From Octopus sinensis (lineage: Eukaryota): a stretch of 64,000 bases of DNA. Both the position numbers and the translations under genes were made by a program. The stretch's first letter is position 1; each line of letters opens with the position of its first letter. The notes below the pieces were generated by a model. The model made no database searches, was not told where the DNA came from, and was given only the letters and a program-made list of their open reading frames with translations. This document shows, in pieces, positions 53,161-64,000 of the stretch. The stretch spans positions 84,072,001 to 84,136,000 of the forward strand of contig NC_043001.1 in the NCBI RefSeq assembly GCF_006345805.1, read 5' to 3'.

Positions 53161-53220
53161 ACACACTTAAACATATGAATTTGCATACACACACATGCCC
53201 ACGAACATATATTTATATAC

Positions 53221-53260
<40 letters not shown>

Positions 53261-53357
53261 CATACACACATATAGTATATATATATATATATAATATATA
53301 TACATACATGCATATACATATATATATATATATTTATATATGTATATATGTTATATT

Positions 53358-53399
<42 letters not shown>

Positions 53400-54024
53400 G
53401 CACAAACACATACATACGTATATATGTGTTGTGAGTGAGTGTATGTGTGCACACCCCTGCGTGCCGGTATGTGAGCGTGTGTACAAATTTAGTTAATAAC
53501 ACCTCCTACAGCAGACATGCAGTTATTAATTCATACTTCTCAAATGATATGTTTCCAGACATAAAGGTAATGTTACTATTACCACCACCACCACCCTACC
53601 ACCACCACCCTACCACCACCACCACACAAAATATAAAGCCCTACAATAAGAATCATCGGCATCGTTTATAATAACCTCGTATCACAAATTCTCCGCTGTC
53701 CTCACTCCGCCATCTTACAACATCTCGAATTTTTATTCCTCGTCCTCCCTCGCATCGTCTACTCCCGCTATCGCTCTTAATACTCTTACCGTCACTGCAA
53801 TCATCCCTGTTTTCATAAACAGTACACGTCTGCACCTCGCCCTTTCATAACAATAAAACAATGTCAGAAATGTGATGTTAAACAAAGAAAGAACACCTCT
53901 ATACAAACACATATACCTTTACATACATACAAACATAGTACACATGTACACATATGTTCACATATCATATATACATATAGACATACATATATATACATGT
54001 ATATACATGAATATATATATATAA

Positions 54025-54071
<47 letters not shown>

Positions 54072-54287
54072 ATATAATATACTTGTGTAGGTATACGAGC
54101 ATGACTGTATGAATACACATACATATAATAAACACACACACACGAACACACATATAATGAAGATGTTGGCACAAAGAGTCAACAAAAAAAAAACCCCAAA
54201 AAACTTATGGGCAAAGACAAAAAGAATGGAAAAACACAAAACATGCTTAAACTATCATCCGGTGCCAACCAGTTATCAAAATATCAT

Positions 54288-54363
<76 letters not shown>

Positions 54364-54518
54364 CTTATTTAAAGCAGCAGAAAATTCAACAAAACCTGAT
54401 ACTCTGAGTTTCCCGGAAAACTCAGAGTAACAGGTTTTGTTACTCTGTTACTCTACCACTGGTATTTGAGTACTCTTTTTTCCACCTTGTTTCACATTTA
54501 TGTGTTTACTCCGGTATT

Positions 54519-54551
<33 letters not shown>

Positions 54552-54570
54552 ATATACATATATATATATC

Positions 54571-54651
<81 letters not shown>

Positions 54652-54794
54652 GTTTGATTTGAAAACCTCACTAGAATGAAGGAGAGAAAGCGCTAATGAT
54701 CTAAGTGATATGATAGATATATATAAAAAATGTAATATATGAATAAAATCTGTAAATATAAACCATCTGATCTGATGATTACCTAATTTCTTCT

Positions 54795-54852
<58 letters not shown>

Positions 54853-54913
54853 ATATATAATATATATATATATATAATATATATATATATACATATATTA
54901 CATATACATATAC

Positions 54914-54989
<76 letters not shown>

Positions 54990-55120
54990 GTCTATCTATA
55001 GTTTATCGAAGGGAATCAGATATTTTCTGTATAGAATACACTTAGTATTGCTCAAGTGGTTTAAACTTGAGCGGGTAGAGAAGTAGATGTAAGGATAAGC
55101 GAGTTAGGTAAGTCTAAGCA

Positions 55121-55881
55121 CGAGGTATGATCAATAGGTATCCGGATTCTTGCCATAGTAACGAAGCCAAAGCACGTATAGTGGAGCCATTTGGCACAGA
55201 TTGACCTTGAACGCTGTTGTGCATGCGCACTAAGTTTTAGCGTTCTCGATCGCTTCCAATGTTTACAGTAGTGTATGGAAGGAAGGTGTGTAGCGTGACC
55301 ATGACAGAGAAAGTTGAGCAGAGATTCTGCATCAAATTTTGCCAAAAATTTGGCGATACCAGCTTAGAAATGAACGCAAAGTTTTCAAAAAGTTTTTATC
55401 GTTCTCGACACAATCAAGATCTTGTGCAACTGAAACCCGAGTTTCTTCTTGGTCAGATGAAAGCAGTTTTGGCACAAACTTAGCAGACACGTGTCTCGTA
55501 CCCAAATCTTCAATGATAATGGACTGAACTGAACCGTACCTAATCAACACATCTTCTGATAACTCATAGATGGTGATTCAACGATTTCTCCTCACAGTTG
55601 CACGCACATCTGTGATGATTTTTTCAGTCTAGCTGTTCGTTACTGTCGAAGCTTTTTCAGCTCATACACTCCTCTCCATACTCTTTCAGCAACTTTGCGT
55701 AGGCCTCTGAGCAGGTATCACCAAGCTTTTGGCAAAATTTGATGCAGAATCATGGTAAGTGTGACGAACACACACCACACGCGTTAAAACTTTGTGCACA
55801 TGCGCAGCGGCGTTCAAGGTCAATACTTGCCAAGCAGCTTTTACAATGACAATAGTCCGGGTACTTAATGATCAGACCTTG
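55121..55881. mobile_element. Mariner derivative made of two inverted 5' ends
   Basis: TIRs cgaggtatgatcaataggtatccgga / tccgggtacttaatgatcagaccttg-TA; EQRFCIKFCQKFGDT on + and FCIKFCQKLGDT..SAKFVPKLLS on -. Confidence 0.85.
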
Positions 55882-55990
55882 TAAATTAAATACATGAAAT
55901 ATAAAAAAATGTATATATCTTTACATAGAAAAAGGTCCACAGAGTAGAAGTGATATCAAGAATTAAAGGTGTTGAAGAAAAGTATAACAA

Positions 55991-56083
55991 ATCCAACAAC
56001 TGTTTTCGGGGGCTCGGTAGTCCAAAATGATGTTTGTAGATTGATTCCATCGTCGGATGAGACGAGCCTCCATCTTCAGAGAA
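55991..56083 (-). ncRNA. Decayed type I hammerhead-like motif
   Basis: Minus strand ttct-CTGAAGA-t-GGAGGCTCG..CGAGCCCCC-GAAA(A)-cagttg-TT-ggat. Confidence 0.55.
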
Positions 56084-56410
56084 GAGATCATACATATGCA
56101 GTGTTGACAGAAAGAAGCTGAAATAAATACACCCCCCCACACACACGCACACGCACACAAACATTAATGTTTGTTTATACCTGTCGATTAGTAACAGAAC
56201 TATTTTACACAAAATTAATCAATATATTGTGACTTCGAAGTTACGGCTTGCTAGCAGTCAACGTCCGAAGAAGGCTTGTAAGCCGTAACTTCGAAGTCAC
56301 TGTCACACTCCTCTTGCAAAAGCATACTACACACAGACACACACACACACAACACACACAGATACATACAAAAAACGCACGTACACAGAGATAAACCTGC
56401 ATCTATCTAC

Positions 56411-56450
<40 letters not shown>

Positions 56451-56547
56451 ATGTATATTTGTATGTGTATACATACATACACGTATGTATATATATAAAT
56501 ACGCGTATATATCTATATCTATATCTATATGTATGTGTGTGTGAGCA

Positions 56548-56615
56548 ACCCGCGCTCTTAACCACTACGCCATATGCCCACGGGCATATGGCGTAGTGTT
56601 CGATTCCAGGCAGTG

Positions 56616-56697
<82 letters not shown>

Positions 56698-56730
56698 TCG
56701 AAAAATACCTTAGGAATGAGAACCCAGGTT
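56548..56730. mobile_element. Second, truncated fold-back copy of family E
   Basis: cactacgccatatgccc-ac-gggcatatggcgtagtg, (AAT)n, then aacatcgaaaaataccttaggaatgagaacccaggtt identical to the 11300-11340 region. Confidence 0.8.
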
Positions 56731-57036
56731 GATTATTATGTGTTGGGCGCAGTTAAGCGAGAGACCAACAAAACTCCTTGTAAAACCAAAGATGAACTGA
56801 AGGTATGGATTATAGCAGCATTCACCAACTTAAACAAGGAGACCGCCCAGAAGAGTTGCAGGAGATTCCGAAGACGTCTGGCGGCCTTGAAGCCAATGGT
56901 AATTTTATTGAATGAATTTTCTCTTTATTACTGCAAGATCTTTTTATGTAATTTTGGTAAATTTATCTGTTAAAATGAGATGTTAGTGTTATTTTCATTT
57001 TTGCGTAATTTAGTCATCAATTCATTCACCGCACCC

Positions 57037-57038
<2 letters not shown>
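56731..57038 (+). mobile_element. Tc1/mariner-superfamily (DD37D/maT-like) 3' remnant
   Basis: DYYVLGAVKRETNKTP..TKDELK..I.AAF.NL.KE...KSCRRFRRRL; terminus caccgcaccctg. Confidence 0.7.
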
Positions 57039-57074
<36 letters not shown>

Positions 57075-57321
57075 AATAAAAATTATATATAAAGAAACAA
57101 GAACGTGAAATACACAAAGGGACGAACACAGAAAACAGACGGGTCATTCGGAGCCTTTAATCTTCAGTCAGAAACCGGATCATCATAGCAAATTTCGGCT
57201 GATTATTTCTGATATTTGCTCCAACGCGGCCAGCCCCAAGGAAAAACTAAGCTGTGAGCATTAGATTTCTTGGAAAAAGGAACGAATATTTATATGTATG
57301 TATGTGTGTGTAATTATTATT

Positions 57322-57855
57322 ATTATTTCTAAATCTCTCTAAAGGAGACCACGGTAGCAGTACTGGGTATTAATAGTTATCGCCAAGCTAACATGGCAGT
57401 CCAGAAAAATAGGCCAATGCTGCCGTTGATTAGCAAGAGGCCATTGCCTCCAGCTAGTAATGTGACACTCAAACATGTGTCCATTATAACCTTCGAACAG
57501 GAGAGGACATCCCCATGCTGGTTCAAACAACCACATGATAGTTTCGGGGTAGTTGCCCCTTATCAATGTGGAGTAGCCGAACCCAGCAGGTGTCGCTGTT
57601 CACTGTCTGTTCGAAGGTTTATATATATTCAGTGGTGCACGTCCACTGGTTTTCAAAAATAGAAATATTATTTCTAAATCTCTCCAAAGGAGACTACGAC
57701 AGCAGTACTCGGTATTAATAGTTATCGTCAAGCTAATATGGCAGTCCAGAAAAATAGGACGAGTGATGCCGTTGATTAGGTCCAGGAAGCTACCGCCTCC
57801 AGCTAGCTATGTGACACACAAACCTGTGTCCATTACAACCTTCAAACAGGGGAGG
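57322..57855 (-). repeat. Two tandem copies of an about 190-bp sequence (period about 345 bp), likely a retroelement 3' end
   Basis: attatttctaaatctctc..ggcagtccagaaaaatagg..tgtgtccatta..accttc repeated at 57322 and 57667. Confidence 0.75.
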
Positions 57856-58750
57856 TTATCGGTTTCCCCATCATTGAAACCGCTTCTTAGTATGTGGAAC
57901 ATTGAAGAAATTCTGATACCTGAAGTTTGAAAGCTCGAATCGGCGGCCCTGAAATTTGGTAGTAGAGTATTTAAATTGTTAGGTGTATTTAGGATTACCT
58001 TGTTTTACGTCTTCCTTTTTTTTCTACAACACAAGCAGGATATGGTTTGAGGAAAATTTGACTGCTATGCTTGGCAAGTTAAACGACTACATATTCTAAT
58101 ACTAACCACCACGAAAAGGTGGACATAATGCCACTGTCACCGAGTGACAGTTACAGTTAGAGAGAACCCTGGGCATTGTGTTCTTGCTTTGGTTAATCAA
58201 GGATTGATTTTAAGGAAGTTTGGTTGCTATATCTGAAAAGTTAAGTGACTACCATATATTCTAATACTGACAACCATAATGTAGGTGAACAAGAGGGATG
58301 CGGTCATAGCCTGGTAGTTACAATTGATTTGGATTTATTAATGGTGGTGTATAACTGAGTTCAATGATTAGAGTTTATGAGGTTAATGAAACTTAAACAG
58401 TATTTTTAGTATAGCATTGTAGGGGTGAATTATCCGTCGGTCTCGACGATGAATCTTCGGTGTTCGAGCAACTCAATTGCTTATTGTGAAATTAATGTAT
58501 TGGAGAAGAAGAAGAAGAAGAAGAAGAAGAAGAAGAAGAAGAAGAAGAAGAAGAAGAAGAAGAAGAAGAAGAAGAAGAAGAAGAATACTGTAAGCTCGTG
58601 TGCTGTTTATCTTGATATAAGATCACCATGTCGCGCACATCTGGCTGTGACGCATGTGCCTTGTGTACCCTATCAGACAGGTAGTCATGATAAGTATATT
58701 GGGCTTCGTATATTTGTACCACAGTGTTACTTTGAATAATAATAATAATA

Positions 58751-58787
<37 letters not shown>

Positions 58788-59699
58788 CTTTCTTCATTCG
58801 CCGTAATGGCTGAATGCGAAAAACTGTAATAATGACAACCCAAAAGAGAACCTACACAACACAAACACCAACCAAACAACCAGCCCTTACATCTCCACAC
58901 TTCAATGAGGGATCTTCTTCATAGTTATTCAGCCAGCAAGAAATAGCAGACTATTTCACACAAATTGTGTCCTACAGTCTTCTAAAGCAGATAGGCTTCA
59001 CAAAAGGGTGACATTCTTGATATAGACAGAAAAAATAAAATGAATAGTCATGGTTAGAACGCTTTTGATTTTTATTAATTCTATTAATTTGATTTTTATT
59101 AAATCAGGGTGTACCTGGAGCTAAATAGCAACAGCAAAAGAAACGACTACCTTTCTTCAATACAGGGATTTCACTCCATTCCTATAGCAGGCCCAAACCT
59201 TGCAGACTTAGCCTCAGCTCTCACAAGCCCTGTCCCAACTCTCCCAGATCCAATCCCAGTTCTTACAGATCCTGTCTCAACCCCTTCCCATAATGTACCC
59301 CAACCCCGTAAACTCTATCCCCTAGCTCTTCCAGACCTTGCCACGACAAGTTTAATCACCCGCAAATTCATAGGCCATCATTCTTATTGTATTGTCAGTT
59401 GTGAACTGGCAGAATTGCTAACTTCTGATTTTCGTTCTGGCTTCCTGACTTCCAGTCACGCTGAGGTTTTCATTCTTTTGAAACATTTTAAATAAGGTAT
59501 AAACATTGGGTTGATTCTTCTCCTCTCCTCTCTTTTTCTTTCACCCCTTTCTTTCTCTCATCCCTTTCTCTTTCTCTCTCTCCCTCTCTCTCTCTCTTTC
59601 TCTCTCTCTATTATGCAAGTAATTCAAACGATAGACTTTTCGTTTTGTGTCACACTGATCCGGTTCGAGATTTGCATTAAGAGTATATTTGCCTCTGAA

Positions 59700-59912
59700 T
59701 GTGCTGGCATAATCGTTAGCACACCAGGCGGAATGTATAGCGGTGTTTCGTCCATCGCTACGTTCTAAGTTCAAATTCTGCCGAGGTCAACTTTGCTTTT
59801 CATCCTTTCGGGGTCGATAAATTAAGTACCAGTTATTTACTGAGGCCAACGTGGTCGACTATCCCCCCCCCCCGCCCAAATAATTCCAGCCCTTGTGCTT
59901 TAGTAGAAAAGA
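59700..59912 (+). mobile_element. SINE-A (short tail)
   Basis: Family-A core. Confidence 0.8.
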
Positions 59913-60229
59913 TTATTATTATTATAGGTCTGGTGTTGGTGGTAGCGATGGTGGCTGTGTAGTAGCATTAGTACTGGTGACAGTGGTGTGTTTTGTGTTG
60001 TGGTGGTGGTTATAATGATGAAGATATTGGGTGGTGGTGGCAGTAGTAGTAGTAGTAGTAGAGTAGTAGTAGTAGTAGTAGTAGTAGAAGTAGTAGTAGT
60101 AGTAATCTTAATGGTGGTAGTAACATCTTAATTAGGCACGTACGTTGAAGTGTCAGAAAGGCAAAGACATAAAGCAACAGCAATGATAGTAACAACTACG
60201 AACAACAGTAACAACAACTACCAACAATG

Positions 60230-60268
<39 letters not shown>

Positions 60269-60529
60269 ATCAATAACAATGACAATAATAGTTATGATAA
60301 CAAAGAGGTTTGTTTTTGTTGTTATTGATGTTGATGGGTGGTGGTGGTGGTGATGGTGGTGTGGCGGTGATGATTTCTTTTGAATAATAAGAATAACGCA
60401 AGTAATTATGGTTCACCTATCCACATCTAACCGCAGTCTTCTCTTCCTTCTTTTCTTCTTCCTTTCATTCCCTTTTGTCTCCCTTTCAGACGTCTCTCCG
60501 TCGTCCATGTACTTTATACTGCCGCTATC

Positions 60530-61240
60530 ATCACCACCTCCACTGCCACCAATCAACATCACCACCATCACCATCACTACTACCATCATCACCACTATCA
60601 CCTTTACCATTACCAACAACAATATACCATCACCGCTCCACCATCACCCACCACCACCACCACCACCACACCATTAAAATCGTCACAAACGCACCATCAC
60701 CACAACCACTGTCATCACCACCACCACCACCACTACCACCACTACTACCATCATCACCACTATCACCACTACCATCACCACCACCATCATCACCATCACC
60801 AACAACAATATACCATCACCGCTCCACTATCACCCACCACCGCCGCCGCCACCACCACCACACTATTAAAATCTTCACAAACGCACCATCACCACAACCA
60901 CCGTCACCACCATCATGAAAACGCCATCAACTCACCATCACTACCGCGACCACCGTGACCATCACGACGACGACGACGACCACGACCACCACCATCACCA
61001 CGACCACCACTACCACCACCACCGCTGCCACTACCAACACCATTGCTACTACTACGATCACGACCACCACGATCAGCACCACCGCTGCCACTACCAACAC
61101 CATTGCTACCATCACCAGTACCACCATCATTATCAAAACTGCTAAGAAACACACCACCACTACTATCACCATCACCATCATCATCAAAACCGCCATCAAC
61201 GCAAAATCACCAATACTAACACCGTACCATCATTGTCGTC
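60530..61240. repeat. (CAC/CAT)n tract with an internal about 190-bp tandem duplication
   Basis: accaacaacaatataccatcaccgctcca and attaaaatc.tcacaaacgcaccatcaccacaacca each occur twice. Confidence 0.85.
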
Positions 61241-61731
61241 CCTAATTTCTGTGGGACAGTTGATAGAGTGATTTTGGTGACAGAATATTGTCAACAGGTG
61301 GACAGACTTGAGAATGTACTCCGTGAAGAGGACTGTCTTCTTATTACTGTGGACTGTCTCCCAATTGGTCACTGTATCGGCTTTGTGAGTAGACATTTAT
61401 TGTCATTCTTGTCTTCTTGTTTATGTGTTGGAGAAAACGACAGTTGGAGAGAGGGAGAGAGAGAAAGAGAGAGAGAGAGAGATCATGATAGAGAGAGGGA
61501 GAGAGACCAAGAAAGAGAGAGGAAGAGGGAGAGACATCGAGAGAGAGAGAGAGGGAGAGAGAGGGGAGAGATGGAGGGAAAGAGAAAGACAGAACTTATG
61601 GTATGTAAAGGGTTAAGGACAAATGAATATGTATGTATGTATGTATGCATGTATGTATGTATCTATTGATCGATCGGTCTATCTGTCTGTCTGTCTATCT
61701 TTCTACCCGTCTTTCGATTGATCGATCGGAC

Positions 61732-61764
<33 letters not shown>

Positions 61765-61774
61765 CGTATTTGCA

Positions 61775-61858
<84 letters not shown>

Positions 61859-61863
61859 TACAG

Positions 61864-61902
<39 letters not shown>

Positions 61903-62273
61903 CACATATATATGTATATATATATGTGTGTGTGTGTGTGTACAGAGAGGGACGTGGAGAGAGAGAGGCAGAAAAAGACAAAGGAGTACAAATGGAGAGT
62001 ACTGAACAGTTTTGACGGGTAGGCAGAAGTACCAAACGACTAGTTGTATGGGTGGCAATGTGGGTAGCAAGAGTGAGGGGCGGAATGAGACATTTGGATG
62101 GGTATGTGGTCAGAAGTAAGAAAGAGAGAAACGTGTTAACAGTTCGTGAGTGTAGGAATGTTGGTGTAGGTGTGTGTATGCGTGTGTATGTGCGTTTGTG
62201 AGAATGAGATAGTGAGAGAGTAGAAGAGAAAGCGTGTGTGTGTGTGTGTGAGAGAGAGAGTGAGAGAGAGAGA

Positions 62274-62304
<31 letters not shown>

Positions 62305-62867
62305 TTAGAGCATTACGGGTGGTCAGAAAGAAAATATGAAAACTGGTAGAGAAAGCAAGTGTAAGAGGAGAGAGAGAGAGAGAGTGTGTGTGAGAGAGAG
62401 AAGGAGAGAGAGGGGATAATTGGGGGTGTGTTGTATTTATTAGAATAAAGCACCATACTAGAAATTTCACAATATGCAATTTAAGGTGCGGGTCTCTAAG
62501 CACTGAGCTGTAGACTATTTGGCCACCGGGCCGCAAAGAAAGAATACATTCTAAACATTTGTCTTTATTTTATTGACTATCACAGTCTGCTGAGTGTTTT
62601 TGCATTGTATATATATATAATGAATATGTATCATATAAGTAATAATTAAATTTTGCTAATTTTTTTAAGTGCCAACGCACGAAACTCTAGGCCCTTGAGT
62701 CACTCAGTAGTTTCTGCTGAATATTGATAAAAATATACATATACTCATAGTTTGAGTTTATTTTTCCCGTTTGCATCACCATACCTGTAATAATTAAATT
62801 AGATTATGCACTTTATGTGTATAATCTAATTTTATCGTGTCTTGTCATGCGCGTGATCGCCCTGTTC

Positions 62868-62926
62868 TTGAAAACATTGTCTTGCACAAGACCTGTCTCT
62901 GGCGCAAAAAGGTCGGAGACCGCTGA
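62868..62926 (-). mobile_element. Possible hAT-type MITE terminus
   Basis: Minus strand cagcggtctccgacctttttgcgccagagacaggtcttgtgcaagacaatgttttc resembles hAT termini (from recall); another candidate cagtgcttctcaaagt at 42615. Confidence 0.4.
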
Positions 62927-63299
62927 TACAAGGAATCAGAAATTTAAAGTTCTAATCCCGCCAAAGTTGACATTGTCTTTCAGTAAGAGACTGGCGCGAA
63001 TTCTATTCTTTATATCTATTTTCCTTTTAAATCCTGGCTTTGTTTCACGTCAAAAGAGATCATCAGATAATATTTCTGCCATTAAAATTTAGCTCCAGCT
63101 TGGTATATAAGTTTGGGAAAGATCTGTGTTGAATAAGAGACCTGTGGCTGAAGTAGCAGTAGTAGTAGTAGTTGTAGTGCTTGCTGTTGTCTTCTTCTTC
63201 TTCTTCTTCTTCTTCTTCTTCTTCTTCTTCTTCTTCTTGTATCCAACCATGATCGTCCAGGAGCCTGATACCGAATCAATAAGGTATTTACTTTACCGC

Positions 63300-63603
63300 A
63301 TGCATGCTATTCACCTGAATGAGTGTAATTTGTTGTTGATGCTCATTCATATAATGAGAAAATAGGTTCATTTCCGAAACGGTGAAGTTTTGTACCCTTT
63401 TCGAGGACCACGAAGTACAGGTTTGCACTTTCTTCCTCTTTCACGCTTTCATTTTTCGTGCAAGGTAATACCGCAGCAATGACATGAATCTGCTTCGTGT
63501 GGTGTAATTCAGAAGACTGTTTTTTCTGTAAAAGTGCAACTCCTGTTTCATCTGTCAAAATGACACGTCTATAGAAATCTTTTAACACCATTGTAATAGG
63601 CAA
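63300..63603 (-). pseudogene. Possible decayed DNA-transposase N-terminus (Merlin/ISXO2-like?)
   Basis: MVLKDFYRRVILTDE..LLQKK then shifted-frame CHCCG..KPVLRGPRKG resembling a Zn-ribbon; weak, recall-based. Confidence 0.3.
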
Positions 63604-64000
63604 AATGTTACACTAATATTAACGGCTTCAATTTGAAAAAGATACTGGTGTGGGTGTTAGCTGATAATTTTTGAAAGATCACATCAGGTCAAAAGCTAAA
63701 ATAAATAAAAGTTAGGCATGGTCACTCAGCTCAAACGAGTACAAACAAAGGTAAGAACAGGTAATAAGTTCAAACCATGAAAGGTCAAAAAAACTGGCGG
63801 ATGTCTCCGTAAACAGATAGATTAAGTTATTTAACAACTTAGGCGAAGGATATTGCACTTGAAGGTGCGCTAACGTAGCACCTACATATATATCTGCACG
63901 AATTTATTTAACAACATTGTCTTGGCAAAAAAATATATATACACATATACATATACATTCATACATACATATACACGCATATATATATATATACATACAT

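Noticed and set aside
61246-61420. Unique-looking stretch as possible host exon
   Set aside because: No recognisable protein motif or convincing splice context; cannot be supported without RNA data

Overview
AT-rich, microsatellite-saturated eukaryotic non-coding DNA; the repeat style suggests an octopus/cephalopod genome (inference). I found no intact host protein-coding gene, and almost all listed ORFs are translations of simple repeats or SINEs. The window holds several tRNA-headed SINE families (about 45 copies), decayed LINEs (L1/Tx1-type endonuclease, RTE 3' end), Tc1/mariner relics, a Helitron, a probable solo LTR, a 28S rRNA fragment and a Penelope-like (GIY-YIG) retroelement. The main hidden signal is about 25 type I hammerhead-ribozyme-like motifs, which I folded by eye. 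They range from canonical to U3-A8 covariant, minimal/dimeric and decayed. They sit in short non-autonomous elements, often as fold-back (inverted) pairs in (TA)n tracts. One pair lies in the inverted ends of the Penelope-like element, and one family has a tRNA-like Pol III head. This looks like a diverse Penelope-dependent ribozyme retroelement (retrozyme-like) system. Several SINEs also swap 3' tails, two of which match LINE 3' ends present in the same window. Coordinates of decayed repeats are approximate, and no ribozyme activity has been tested.
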